From the IMG/VR virus record IMGVR_UViG_3300044846_001238, positions 1 to 55,311 of that record: a stretch of 55,311 bases of DNA; one strand, given 5' to 3'. Positions 1 through 10,428 of this stretch are shown one piece after another. Source of the stretch: a virus (lineage: Duplodnaviria; Caudoviricetes). Below the pieces are notes generated by a model. It worked only from the letters and a program-made list of their open reading frames with translations, ran no database searches and was not told the DNA's origin. Numbering within the stretch: position 1 is the stretch's first letter; each line of letters starts with the position of its first letter. A program made the translations under genes and the position numbers.

Positions 1-3000
1 GGCAGTTTACCGTCAGGAAGCTTAGCTAAATAATCTTTAAGCGACACAGGTGTTCTTGGGACTATAACAAAAGTGCGTTTGAATATTTTATTACCAAGAG
101 AGTCGTACCCAATAGAACAGTCCACCCTATAATCAAAGCCATCAATAGTGTTTGAATATGTCTCCAATAGCTGAGCAACGTTAGTTAAATCACTTCCTCT
201 AATAATGCTATTTTGGTAAGTGTTGTTGCTGTAGTCAGTCTCAGAAAAATCTAGTCCACCTAAATCGGAGTTGTCGGGGAACTCACCAAAAGTTCTGCCG
301 ACAACAACAGGTCTTTTTTCTACCTGAGCCGAGTAAGAAACTCTACCATCAACAGCTGCGCCAGTAACGCTATTAGCATCAGCAACGCTATATAAAATAG
401 TATTTGCAGTTACACCAGTAATTTTAACTGGCTCGTTGTTGTTGTTATATCGAACGTTAGCTTTTTTGTAGATAAACACAACCACATAGTCCCCGACCTT
501 AAATGAATGATTTGGGATAGTTAGTATACACCCAGTTCCAGATTTTTCAGCATACGTAACTTCTTCTGCACTTCCGTGAGGTTGATAGTCAATATATGCT
601 GTACCAGCGGCTGCAATTGTAGAGTGTGCATTAGCATTCGCTCCGCCTGATGGAGTAGAGCCAGAAGCTATAGTACCACTAGTGGATGTTGTGTAAGTAA
701 AAGTCTTAGCTGTAGCATTTACGCCTGTAATAACATACTGACCATTTAACGACTTATGAACACCGGAAACATACACATACTCACCAATTGCATACCCATG
801 CGTGGTTAAGCTTGTAAGAGTTGCAGTGTTTCCTGATCTAGCTCTGGTAACTATAGTTACGTTACCAACGTCAGATCCAACGCTTGCATAGGTAAAATGA
901 TCGTCATCTAGTACTTCAGAAATTTTAAAAGTGTCTTCATTATTTTCAAAACTAGTTTGGCTAGTCATGTCTACAGTTATATTATCTCCAACAATAAAAT
1001 CATGGTTTGTAGATTTTACAGTAGCAGTGTTGTTTTTTCTGCCAACGCGAGAAATAGTTGCCTGCAATCGAGGATAGAAGCCAACTTTAGATTCAATCCT
1101 TGTAATACTTCCGCCAATTTCTTGGTACTTATAGTCTTTAGTTGGCAGGCTCTTATCATCTTCTGATATTTTATATGTAAATGAATCTTCTCTAGGAGTA
1201 GTTTGTACCGTAAATACTCCTTCATACACTTCATTTTTATCAGCATCGACATTTATTTTTACTCTATCTCCAACAGACAAACCGTGACGCTGAGCGGTAA
1301 ATATTGTAACAATCTTTCCTGTAACAGAGTAGGAACGCTTAGATAGAGCTATTATGTCGTCTGGCTCTTTTACAGTTCCATACTCTGGCATATCAAAAGC
1401 AATCCAACTATCGCCATACGTATTTGCTGTACCGTAATCTGATAGGGACCCCGCTTTTGTTACCACGTTGCCGGTACTTTTGTATCTAAAAAATGCAACT
1501 CCGTCTCCAGCATTAGCCGGGTCTGAAACGCTAGTAATTTTGTATGTGCCATTAAATGTAGCATCAGACATTCCAGTAATAACTGCCATATCTCCAACAT
1601 CATATCCATGATTGTCGGCTGTATATAAGGTAGTTCTACCGGTAGCATTTCTTTCTCTGTTACGAATCATAGAAGAGTCTACGTCAAGCTCTGTTATGGT
1701 CTTATACCCGTCATACAACGGTGTAGACCAAGTGTAGCCATCAACTCCGCCAACATAGATGTAATCGCCAATCTGATATGTGTGTGTATCAGCTGTTTTC
1801 AAAATTAGTTTTTTAACTTGAGTAGCCAACTTAGCTGTGTTCTTTTTGTTGGTTTTTAGTTCTACTCTTTCTCCATCTTTAGTTTTGATGTCTGCTGTAG
1901 CAGCGCTCTGGTCATCCTGATAGTAGCTAAATGACCTAGCGGTAACGCTAGTTATAACTACCGGAATCTGCGAATTATTTAAAGATGCGTATTTATCGTT
2001 TGTATCACTAGAAGTGACTTTTATAGATATATCGACTTTATCTGCTCGGTTAAACTTATGGTCTGTTTTAGTCCACATGGTCACTTTACCAGACTGTCTA
2101 ATTACGTGTGTAACTGTTTTTGGACCAGTGGATTGTATTTTTCTAGTATAAACTCTGAAGTTAGTTGGATTAAGGACAGACAGATTTTGCGAGACATCTG
2201 GAACAGAGACAGTTCCGCCAGCAGACGTCTTACTAACATTGCTACCAACATTTACATAGCTAAAACTATTGCTAGTTGTTTCAGTAATAGTTACCGTACC
2301 GTCAAATGAGCTATGAGCGCTGGTAGCTACCGTTATTTGGCCTCCAACAGGAATCTTTACTACATTAGTTCCGCCAGAAGTGTTTACATAAACAGTTGCA
2401 ACATTGCCGTCTCGTTTTACATTTGTAATGCTATACACAGGTATAGAGTATTTAAACTGGTTAGGTGTAGTGACAGCAGTTACCTTATACTTACCGTTTA
2501 GCTGGTTACTTAGATTTTTAACATCTACAACCTGACCAACCACATACCCATGGTTTTCAGAAGTAGTTATAGTTACTTCGTTGCTGGTACAAGATCTGTA
2601 TGTAATTGTGCTTTGCTGCTTGACTCCAGGAGTAATAATCTCACTTGCAAACTCAACGTCTGAAAAGTCTATGGCTATGTCTTTTAAAAGCTCTCTAATA
2701 TAGTCATAAGTATCTACTCTGGCAGAAATTGTCACGCTAGAGTAGACTCCAGCTGACCCAGGTAGTTCTGGAATATCTACATAAAACGTTGTTTGAGTAG
2801 GTTCTTGGCTGCTGTCATCTTGAACCATGTTGTAGTAGTTGCTGTATTTAATAAGAGATGCATCAGAAAAACTTACAAAAACCTTTGTTTTATTTCCAGA
2901 GCCATCTTGCACAACAAAAGGAGATCTAAGAGTTTTATTTTTTAGGGTTACCTTAACTCGGTCAGCTTTGTTTGTCTTAAGTAGCTCAGCTTCAAAAGAG

Positions 3001-3368
3001 TAAGTATATGTTTTCCAAATATGTCTACGGTTAAAGTAGCTAGTAAACTCGCCAGCACTTACGGTCAGGCTTCTCCCGGTCATGTCATAGCCACGGCTCC
3101 AAATAATGCCACCCCAAACGCAGACATCGTTTCTCATAACATACAAAGCAGTTTTTCCAGGCATAGTGCTGTTATATAGGTCTAGATCCTGGGTCTGCTC
3201 AGTTGTAGTTATTTTTCCAGTAAACTGTCCAGCCTGCTTGAGCGAACGTTCGTAGCTCACATCTTCAAAAGGAATCTGAGCTAGAGGCGTGTTTGTGACA
3301 ATATCAACCACATAGTATGAATACTTAGCTGCGGTTGCAGAGGTAGTCGGGGTTAGAATATCGGCCAT
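1..3368 (-). CDS. Minor tail / baseplate hub protein, 3'-truncated by the window edge, with about 9 inserted beta-rich repeats
   Basis: Not in the ORF track because it has no stop in the window. ATG at 3368 gives MADILTPTTSATAAKYSYYVVDIVTNTPLAQIPFEDVSYERSLKQAGQFTGKI...VWGGIIWSR. The same frame near the left edge reads VAQLLETYSNTIDGFDYRVDC...LPDGKL. It lies directly downstream of the distal tail gene and has repeated H[GSTK][YFL]xVG[DQE]xV-like units. Confidence 0.85.
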   Translation of the reverse strand, partial: MADILTPTTSATAAKYSYYVVDIVTNTPLAQIPFEDVSYERSLKQAGQFTGKITTTEQTQDLDLYNSTMPGKTALYVMRNDVCVWGGIIWSRGYDMTGRSLTVSAGEFTSYFNRRHIWKTYTYSFEAELLKTNKADRVKVTLKNKTLRSPFVVQDGSGNKTKVFVSFSDASLIKYSNYYNMVQDDSSQEPTQTTFYVDIPELPGSAGVYSSVTISARVDTYDYIRELLKDIAIDFSDVEFASEIITPGVKQQSTITYRSCTSNEVTITTSENHGYVVGQVVDVKNLSNQLNGKYKVTAVTTPNQFKYSIPVYSITNVKRDGNVATVYVNTSGGTNVVKIPVGGQITVATSAHSSFDGTVTITETTSNSFSYVNVGSNVSKTSAGGTVSVPDVSQNLSVLNPTNFRVYTRKIQSTGPKTVTHVIRQSGKVTMWTKTDHKFNRADKVDISIKVTSSDTNDKYASLNNSQIPVVITSVTARSFSYYQDDQSAATADIKTKDGERVELKTNKKNTAKLATQVKKLILKTADTHTYQIGDYIYVGGVDGYTWSTPLYDGYKTITELDVDSSMIRNRERNATGRTTLYTADNHGYDVGDMAVITGMSDATFNGTYKITSVSDPANAGDGVAFFRYKSTGNVVTKAGSLSDYGTANTYGDSWIAFDMPEYGTVKEPDDIIALSKRSYSVTGKIVTIFTAQRHGLSVGDRVKINVDADKNEVYEGVFTVQTTPREDSFTYKISEDDKSLPTKDYKYQEIGGSITRIESKVGFYPRLQATISRVGRKNNTATVKSTNHDFIVGDNITVDMTSQTSFENNEDTFKISEVLDDDHFTYASVGSDVGNVTIVTRARSGNTATLTSLTTHGYAIGEYVYVSGVHKSLNGQYVITGVNATAKTFTYTTSTSGTIASGSTPSGGANANAHSTIAAAGTAYIDYQPHGSAEEVTYAEKSGTGCILTIPNHSFKVGDYVVVFIYKKANVRYNNNNEPVKITGVTANTILYSVADANSVTGAAVDGRVSYSAQVEKRPVVVGRTFGEFPDNSDLGGLDFSETDYSNNTYQNSIIRGSDLTNVAQLLETYSNTIDGFDYRVDCSIGYDSLGNKIFKRTFVIVPRTPVSLKDYLAKLPDGKL

Positions 3369-3402
3369 TTATTTCTCGCGTCTGTCGTCTTTCATATAAA
3401 TT

Positions 3403-5268
3403 CTACCCTATCCAGCCGGACCTGTATTTTATAGTTGCGGAAGCTGGAGTACCGTCGGTTTTTTCTATACGAATGTTGTTAACTCCAGGTTGTAGTTTAA
3501 TCCAATCAATATCAACGTCAACAGTAGACCTAGCCGAGTCAGGCAAACCTCGATACAAAACCGTAGTATTGTAAGTATCTATTTGAAGAGTGTCCGAGTT
3601 ACTTAAAACCACAGTTCCAGGATCAGCTCCGCTAACTACGTCTAGGGAAGCATTGCCATCATATGCGGCAGGTGTGTCAGGTGCGGTTCTAAGGTATTGA
3701 AATGCACTGCTACTTGTTACGTTAGATACTAAATAAGTGCCGTCATACGGATATCCTAAATTAGATATGTACACAGAGTCACTCAAACTAAATCCATGTG
3801 ACGGTGCTACAACAGAAACAACGTTGCTAGTCAGCGTTGCACTGGTGATAGATGTGCCAGCGTCAACGTAACTAAAGGTATTATCAGTCACTGAAGAAAT
3901 AGTAAACGTTCCACTAAATGTGCTAGGAGCTACGTTTGCCACGGTAACAACATCTCCAACTAAAAAGCCGTGATTTGAAGAAGTTGTAATAGTAGAAACC
4001 TTAGAGGTTCTAGATCTACTTGCGGCTGTAGCTGAGTAAGTATTATCTCTTAAAGACTTTATAATCTTAATGCTTTGGTTACTAGTAACGTTTCTAATAT
4101 ACGCAGGAGCAGTCATTGGACCCGTAATAGAGAACACAGCGGTAACGTTGGTGTTTCCAGCATTGGTTACGGAGGTGCTAGTTGTATTGCCAATTGCTAC
4201 AGGGGTTAGGTTTGTTGTAGTAATGCCGTTTTCATCGTTTGGGTTCCAGCTATATTTAAGAGGGTCAACTGACCTAAGTGGTAGGCTAAAGTCTATGCGA
4301 CCACGAGCATTGACGTTCTCAATAGTAGGCTTTCCATACAATCTAACGTAGGCAGATTTCACAGTGCCATCGTCAACAAGAAGCCAACCACCTGTGTAGA
4401 CAAGGGCTAAGGCTTCAATCAGGGTTTGCCTAGCTACTACGCCATTAGCCGGTGTAGGAGGCAAAATAGAGCCTTTTAGGACCAAATCACGGGCCTTCCA
4501 GCGACCACGTACGTCATAGGAACCGTCATCAAGTCCACGAGGAATGTCTGGAATTTCTGGGTCAGGTAGGTTCCACCAGCCCTCAATGTCTGTGCAAACC
4601 CAAACAACGTCATCTTGATCAACGGTGTTTAGTACTAAGCCATTTATGCTGATATCAGCTAGAAGCTTTAGACCCGTTACATAGGGCTTAGTGACTATGT
4701 CTCCAGGAAGAAGACTTCTTAGTCCTTGGTTCGTGATGCTTGTTTCTAGAGTTTGCTCAAATGAATCAACAAACTGAGTGGCAATAGTAGAGTTTTCAAA
4801 CTGAACAGCGTCGACGTGATAAATGTCATTTGAAGTTGTAGAAGTGGTCTGCAAAACAGAAACTTTTGCGTAAGCTGAAGTTGCGGGGGCAATCTGAGTT
4901 CTTTGTAGTCTAACCCAGCCGTCTGCTGAGGTTATGGCTGCAGGTGTGGAAGCGTATGCTGACCCAATTAAACTGTTGCCGGAAGTGAAAAAAGAAATCG
5001 ATACCGAGAATGAGCCAGACTCGGCTCCGGTAGGAACTTTAATGTAGGCAGAAGCGGTGTAGCTACTACCAACAACAACCGACATACTTGTTACGTTTGT
5101 AGTAAGTCCTGTACCAGAGTTACCAGCGGTCTTATTTACTTGAACGCAGAAGGTGTTACTGTATCCACCATTTAGTAGAGCAGTCAGCGTTGTTCCAGTG
5201 CCAGCGGCTACCCAGTCGGTAGTTCCGCTAGTAAAGGATGGGTTAGGTACTAAGTTAGTGTATATCAT
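3403..5268 (-). CDS. Distal tail protein (Dit-like) with N-terminal carbohydrate-binding-like domain
   Basis: Follows the tape measure gene with a 1-nt overlap. N-terminus NLVPNPSFTSGTTDW...VDAVQFE resembles CBM4/9-type domains. The core has IEGWWNLPD...PRGLDDG...AR.LVLKG...DPLKY and a C-terminal WIKLQPGVN...YRSGW, typical of siphovirus Dit proteins. Confidence 0.8.
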   Translation of the reverse strand: MIYTNLVPNPSFTSGTTDWVAAGTGTTLTALLNGGYSNTFCVQVNKTAGNSGTGLTTNVTSMSVVVGSSYTASAYIKVPTGAESGSFSVSISFFTSGNSLIGSAYASTPAAITSADGWVRLQRTQIAPATSAYAKVSVLQTTSTTSNDIYHVDAVQFENSTIATQFVDSFEQTLETSITNQGLRSLLPGDIVTKPYVTGLKLLADISINGLVLNTVDQDDVVWVCTDIEGWWNLPDPEIPDIPRGLDDGSYDVRGRWKARDLVLKGSILPPTPANGVVARQTLIEALALVYTGGWLLVDDGTVKSAYVRLYGKPTIENVNARGRIDFSLPLRSVDPLKYSWNPNDENGITTTNLTPVAIGNTTSTSVTNAGNTNVTAVFSITGPMTAPAYIRNVTSNQSIKIIKSLRDNTYSATAASRSRTSKVSTITTSSNHGFLVGDVVTVANVAPSTFSGTFTISSVTDNTFSYVDAGTSITSATLTSNVVSVVAPSHGFSLSDSVYISNLGYPYDGTYLVSNVTSSSAFQYLRTAPDTPAAYDGNASLDVVSGADPGTVVLSNSDTLQIDTYNTTVLYRGLPDSARSTVDVDIDWIKLQPGVNNIRIEKTDGTPASATIKYRSGWIG

Positions 5269-8200
5269 TAGCCCACAACTCCATTGCTAACTTCATAAGT
5301 ACTTACAACTTTACCATCTTTATCTTTAAGCTCAATAGTTTGTTGTCTAGGGTTATTTAGTGCAGTTTTGATATCTCTTAAAAGACCGACTTGGATTCCA
5401 GCTTGAGTCATACTATTTTTATAAAAACTTGTGGTAGGTGTTGGAAGTGGGTCCGGTAACTTTTTAGGTTTACCAATACTAGCCATAGCCGCTCTAAACG
5501 CCGCATCGTCAGCTTTTTCTTTAGCCGTTACAGGTACTTTAACTTTATTTGCCTCTTGAATTGCAGCGGCTGGAGCTTTTATAATTTCCATAAGCTCAGC
5601 TTGTTTTTTATTAGTCAATGCTTCTAACTCGTTGTATCCGATATTTAGAAGTTCTTTAGTGCTAACGCCTATAAGTTTAGCATATTTATCTTGAGTCTCT
5701 TTACTAGCAAATGAAAGATCGCCCTGCTGAGCCATAGATAACCCAGAGAATAGAGTAACTGCGTCCATCTGAGCAGCTTTTGCAGCAGTTTGAAGTGTCT
5801 TTATTCCTTCGTTTTGTGCTTGTTTTGCTGCAGTAATGACGTTGCCTGACTCATCCACTCTAGAGTCTCCGACTCTGCCCTCAAACGCTTTAATTCCTGC
5901 AATACCCTTACCTTGACCATCTTCTCCAGTAAACGCAGCCTCTAAAGCACTCTGTAGTGCATCATAGTTAATAACGCTTTGTCCAGACGCATCGGTGATC
6001 GTGTAAATACCTGAAGCTGCACCTGCAGTAGCTGCTTTGATAATTGCGTTTCTGGTAGAAGTGCTAATAGTAGCATCAGCTAGGACATTAGAACTTAGTA
6101 GGCTAGAAACTAATTGATCTGAATTTACAGGCTCTACGTTTTTAATAGTGTTGAGAGATGTTTTAGCCGCATCAGTAATCTTGCTAAGAGTTTTATTTGC
6201 CCCCGCAACATCTTGACCTTTACCAACCAATGCTCCTAAAGCAGTTCGTTTTTCATTCAGCTTGTCTGCCTGCAGCTCAACAAGTTTTGCCTTAAGTTCA
6301 ATTCGCTTTTGTTCTTTTTCAGCTTCTTTTTCTTTATTAGCCTGCTCAAAACCGGAAACAATAGATCCAACAATAGATACCCCAATACCAGCCATCATAC
6401 CAACGCCAGGAAGGAAGGAAAGTCCAGCACCCACAGCCGAGATACCGGCTCCAAGACCTCCACCGCCAGTTTGAATTGCAGATGCCGCACCTCCTAGAGC
6501 CAAAGCTCCAGCACCAACCCTACCGCTTATTCTGCCAAACTTAGCAACTTTATCTTGAGTTGCAGCATATTTATCTAAACCAAAAGTGGCGGCAGCGGCA
6601 CTTTTTTGAACGTTAGCACTCCAATTTCTAGCTGATTGAGCGTTTTTATCAAGAGTGGCTGTTAAAGTTTTGTACGAAGCGTTTAGTGCGTCTATTTTTC
6701 TTTTTAATAAATCAGATTCTTTTTTACCCTCAACTGTTTTTAAGTTCAGTTGACTCATTCTCTGTTTAAGAGCCGCTATTTGCCTCTGCTTATCACCTTT
6801 AGCAATGTCTTTTAAAATTTCTACACGCTTGAGGCTAGCCGCTTCAGCTTTAAGCTCTCTCATGACTTGGATAACGCCGCCAATACGCTTTGTAAGAGGT
6901 TGGCCATCGTTGGCAGCTGCAACAATTTTTGCTCTAAAGTTTTGGAAAGCGGTAGTAGCAAAACCAGCAACTCGGAATAGTTTCATCATGATACCCATGA
7001 TGATTTGGATAGCCTTGCGAAGAACTATGCCTACTGTAGCTATAGCCAAGAATATACCATGGAAAGCACCCATTACGTGCAGTACAGGGGCAATCGCTCT
7101 AGCAAAGTTAGCCATAGCATTTACTAGCATTTGAAGAGTCGTGAAGAAAAACTCTAAAGCCGCTGAGTCAGAGAATTGAGCTATAAGCTCAGCAATTGAA
7201 ACTACAAGTCTTCCAAATGCAGGACCAGCTTTTTGACCATCCTCAAGAATCTTTTTAACAAACGGCACTGCATCCCGAATAATCATCCAGAATTCTTGGT
7301 TAGCTGGGTTAGCTGCTAGATCTATGAAAATCTTTAAGAAACTACCTAAAGTTTGTAGGGCAATCTTAGCATTTTCAGTTGCACCTTTTAGCCAACCAGA
7401 AAACTCGTTGGTTCCAGTAAATAACTTGAACCCAGCACCGATTTCTTTTAGCCACTGTAAAATAACTCCACCGGCACCGCTGTTTGCTCCGTTAGGGAAT
7501 GTAGCTTCAACTATGTTTTTAAACCCACCAAATACAAGTTTAAAAGCTTTACCGAGCTCAGACGCCACGTCACCAGCGAGTTTGAAGAACCTTCTTAAAT
7601 TATCTTGTCCAGCTCCCTTACCAAGTTGGTCAAATCTTTCTGAAACAGTAAAAATCCATCTAGCAAATCTGTCAGTAATTGGTTGGGCTGCTTTAAGAAT
7701 AGCTAAAATACCACCAAATGCGTTAGCGGCAGCTGCGCCTAGGATTCTTAGTGTAGGTTTAGAGTTTGTTAAAAAGTCTCGGAAAAGTTCAATATTTTCT
7801 TTATCTTTAAAGGCATCTGTAAAGTTTCTAGATGCTTGACCTAAAGCCTCACCAATATCGTTAAGACCTTCTTTTAATACAGGGAATACGTTTTTAACAA
7901 CTACGTCGATAGACTTTTGTAGCGGTGGTAAGAATGAGGAAGCAGCAGCTTCCTTAAGACCTTGAATTACTGGCTTAAGCGTTACTAAGTATTTTGCAAA
8001 AGCAACCTGAGACTTAGTCAAGTTGTTTAGAGGATCCTGAGATCTATCTACTCCAGCCCTAGGACCCTTCTTTAGCTGATCATTTGTGTCCTTGACTCTA
8101 GCTTTTGCACGTCTATAGTTTAGCTCTGCTCTTTGGAAATCCAGTTCTGCTTCTCTGCGTACTCGGCTGTCGGCCGGGAGATCTTGTACTCTGGCTAAGC

Positions 8201-9212
8201 TTTCTCTAGCTTTTTCAAGAGCAATAGCAGCTTCTTGCTCACTGAGGGCTGCATCTTCTGCTTCAAATCTTAAATCACGGAAAGCTTTTTTAGCATCACG
8301 TAGGGCTCTGTTGTACTGGTTTTGACCACTCCAAAGCTGCTGAACAGCTGCACCGACCCCAGAAAGAGCAAACTTGGCTGTCATCATACCAGCACCAAGG
8401 TTTGCCATCGCACCAGCAACTGCAATCAAAGATCCAGCGGCTGCGCCCGCAACACCGACTAGACCCATCATTCCGCCAACTAAATCACCAATGGTACCAG
8501 CAAGAACACCAAGTGCTGCTTGAGCAGCATAAGCTACTCTTTGGAAAACATAGAAAGCGTCAGCAAATCTTTCCGCTGGATGGCGTACTCTGTCAAAAGC
8601 TGTAGATGCAATACCTAAAGAACGCTCAAGTTTATATATAGCGTTTTCTTCAGAGTGGAATCGCTCGCTAATAGCGGTACCTTTTTCCATACCTCTACGG
8701 AGATTTTCTCTAAGGCTACGAGTTCTGTCACGCTTATCTAACCTATCCGCGTATCTACCGCTTTCCATGCTAGATCTTTTAACAAACTGAGCATAGTCTT
8801 CCTGCTCCGCATTTCTACGCTTAGCGTAGTCAAGGAGAATTTCTTCTCCCTTTTCTAGTTTTTTAAGTTCTTTGTTGGCTTCTCTAATCTCTTTAGCTCT
8901 GTCAAGATCTTTATTTTGTCTTATTATCTTTTCATGTATTTTTTGAAGCTTTTCAGCAAATTGAAATCTTTCTCTATTTGCTATAAGTTCAAGCTTTATT
9001 AGCTTGGTATTTATATCATACTGAGATGTTCTTTCTTTTTCTTTTTTTATAGCATCGTCTAGAAGTTTTTTTCTGTCCGTTAGTTTTTTTATTTCATCTT
9101 GTAAAGGCCCATTAATTGCCTCTTGAGTCGCTTTACGGACTTGTTCAAGTTGCTTTTTAGCTTCTCCAGTACGAGTTTGTACCTTAATAAAAATGTCTTC
9201 AACCATTGCCAT
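5268..9212 (-). CDS. Tape measure protein
   Basis: 1314 aa, largely helical/coiled-coil with Ala/Gly-rich hydrophobic segments. It sits between the tail chaperones and Dit. AGGAGG RBS upstream. Confidence 0.9.
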   Translation of the reverse strand: MAMVEDIFIKVQTRTGEAKKQLEQVRKATQEAINGPLQDEIKKLTDRKKLLDDAIKKEKERTSQYDINTKLIKLELIANRERFQFAEKLQKIHEKIIRQNKDLDRAKEIREANKELKKLEKGEEILLDYAKRRNAEQEDYAQFVKRSSMESGRYADRLDKRDRTRSLRENLRRGMEKGTAISERFHSEENAIYKLERSLGIASTAFDRVRHPAERFADAFYVFQRVAYAAQAALGVLAGTIGDLVGGMMGLVGVAGAAAGSLIAVAGAMANLGAGMMTAKFALSGVGAAVQQLWSGQNQYNRALRDAKKAFRDLRFEAEDAALSEQEAAIALEKARESLARVQDLPADSRVRREAELDFQRAELNYRRAKARVKDTNDQLKKGPRAGVDRSQDPLNNLTKSQVAFAKYLVTLKPVIQGLKEAAASSFLPPLQKSIDVVVKNVFPVLKEGLNDIGEALGQASRNFTDAFKDKENIELFRDFLTNSKPTLRILGAAAANAFGGILAILKAAQPITDRFARWIFTVSERFDQLGKGAGQDNLRRFFKLAGDVASELGKAFKLVFGGFKNIVEATFPNGANSGAGGVILQWLKEIGAGFKLFTGTNEFSGWLKGATENAKIALQTLGSFLKIFIDLAANPANQEFWMIIRDAVPFVKKILEDGQKAGPAFGRLVVSIAELIAQFSDSAALEFFFTTLQMLVNAMANFARAIAPVLHVMGAFHGIFLAIATVGIVLRKAIQIIMGIMMKLFRVAGFATTAFQNFRAKIVAAANDGQPLTKRIGGVIQVMRELKAEAASLKRVEILKDIAKGDKQRQIAALKQRMSQLNLKTVEGKKESDLLKRKIDALNASYKTLTATLDKNAQSARNWSANVQKSAAAATFGLDKYAATQDKVAKFGRISGRVGAGALALGGAASAIQTGGGGLGAGISAVGAGLSFLPGVGMMAGIGVSIVGSIVSGFEQANKEKEAEKEQKRIELKAKLVELQADKLNEKRTALGALVGKGQDVAGANKTLSKITDAAKTSLNTIKNVEPVNSDQLVSSLLSSNVLADATISTSTRNAIIKAATAGAASGIYTITDASGQSVINYDALQSALEAAFTGEDGQGKGIAGIKAFEGRVGDSRVDESGNVITAAKQAQNEGIKTLQTAAKAAQMDAVTLFSGLSMAQQGDLSFASKETQDKYAKLIGVSTKELLNIGYNELEALTNKKQAELMEIIKAPAAAIQEANKVKVPVTAKEKADDAAFRAAMASIGKPKKLPDPLPTPTTSFYKNSMTQAGIQVGLLRDIKTALNNPRQQTIELKDKDGKVVSTYEVSNGVVG

Positions 9213-9225
9213 GAGTAGTCACCTC

Positions 9226-9657
9226 CTAACCCATAGGTCCGTCTAGGACAGACCCAAAAGGCTTGGAACTGTCTTCGTCAAAATTGGTAGGCTCAATAAA
9301 CCTTTTAACACTCTTAGCTCGAGGGTTAAATGGTTCTATAACTTCTTTTTCGTTTTCTAAAGGAGCGTCTAGTTCTAACTCATTGTCCCTATAGTCAGGA
9401 GTGTCATCATTAGATTGACCAAAAGAATACTCAGAGTCATATAGGTTTTTAAAGATACTTGATCTAAATTGATCTTTAAATGACGCTTCGTCAAACGAAG
9501 CATACCGATGATCGTCTTCAAAATAGTAATGGATAACGTCTAACATGTCTGATGCCTCCATTTCTGCTAAACGTAATCCGTTACTTAATCCTTTGCCGTT
9601 AATGTACGGCCAGAGGCTTATTCCCCAGTCGAGGAGGCCTCTGACTGCGGCAAAGGG
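9226..9657 (-). CDS. Tail assembly chaperone, second (-1 frameshifted) segment
   Basis: The frame of ORF 9226..9561 stays open upstream to the slippery site, reading PFAAVRGLLDWGISLWPYINGKGLSNGLRLAEMEASDMLDV. It is the -1 frame relative to 9618..9965. Confidence 0.8.
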   Translation of the reverse strand, partial: PFAAVRGLLDWGISLWPYINGKGLSNGLRLAEMEASDMLDVIHYYFEDDHRYASFDEASFKDQFRSSIFKNLYDSEYSFGQSNDDTPDYRDNELELDAPLENEKEVIEPFNPRAKSVKRFIEPTNFDEDSSKPFGSVLDGPMG

Positions 9658-9965
9658 CGGTTAGTGTACTCCTCAATAAGCCAAGAAGAAATACTTGTAA
9701 TGGCTTCTAGGGTAACTACCTTTTCTTTGCTGTCCAGCAATGCTTTAAACCTCGTTAGACTTTCATCAGTCAAAACGTGGTCAAAAAATTTGAAAGTCAT
9801 TTCAGTTGACGCTACTGCATCATCTACTGATACAGATACAAGCTCTAGAAGGAGCTTTCCCTGTAGGTTTGATACACAGTGAAACTCTTCTCCGTGTAGC
9901 TTAAATACAACTGGCTCGTCGCTTGCAACGGCTCCGCCACTACCAAAATCTTTAAATCTGGCCAT
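9618..9965 (-). CDS. Tail assembly chaperone (first segment)
   Basis: 115 aa, located just before the tape measure gene. Ends WLIEEYTNRPL across a slippery heptamer. Confidence 0.85.
   Translation of the reverse strand: MARFKDFGSGGAVASDEPVVFKLHGEEFHCVSNLQGKLLLELVSVSVDDAVASTEMTFKFFDHVLTDESLTRFKALLDSKEKVVTLEAITSISSWLIEEYTNRPLPQSEASSTGE
9651..9657 (-). other. Programmed -1 ribosomal frameshift site C CCT TTG
   Basis: Minus strand CGC CCT TTG contains an in-phase X XXY YYZ heptamer. The -1 frame has a TAA just upstream and is open from here to 9226. Confidence 0.8.
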
Positions 9966-10002
9966 CTTTTATTCCTTAATGTTATTCGTAATTAGAAATG
10001 TC

Positions 10003-10428
10003 TTACTTAGACATATACATAAATTTTACATTATCTTTCAAAAACCTATTTGGCTTAGTTCCCCTGTGATGGACCTGTCTAGTGTAAATATACCCACCAG
10101 ACGCACCGATTACATTGCCGCTTTTGAACTTTAAAACTTGCTTACGTCTTGGGTAAATCATGTGAGGTTTTGTTCCGTCGTGGACGTATTTTGCATACGG
10201 AACAGACGTCCCTATTCTTAAAGTTTGACCCATGGCATTTCTGCTGTGGCCGTAGACCCTAATAGATCTTTTAAGTCTGCCAGTCTTTACCGGTACCTGA
10301 CGCTTAGCCGCGTCTCTAACTCGGTTAGCTCTTCTTTTAAGTTCTAAACCGATTTCTTTGTTTGGGCTATATAAAAATGCATCTAGTTTATTGCTATTTT
10401 TAGACCCCATCATGCCTATAGTTGGCAT
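10003..10428 (-). CDS. HK97 gp10-like neck/tail completion protein
   Basis: Motifs PVKTGRLKRSI, YAKYVHDGTKPH and HHRGTKPNRFL; position among head-tail genes. Confidence 0.8.
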   Translation of the reverse strand: MPTIGMMGSKNSNKLDAFLYSPNKEIGLELKRRANRVRDAAKRQVPVKTGRLKRSIRVYGHSRNAMGQTLRIGTSVPYAKYVHDGTKPHMIYPRRKQVLKFKSGNVIGASGGYIYTRQVHHRGTKPNRFLKDNVKFMYMSK

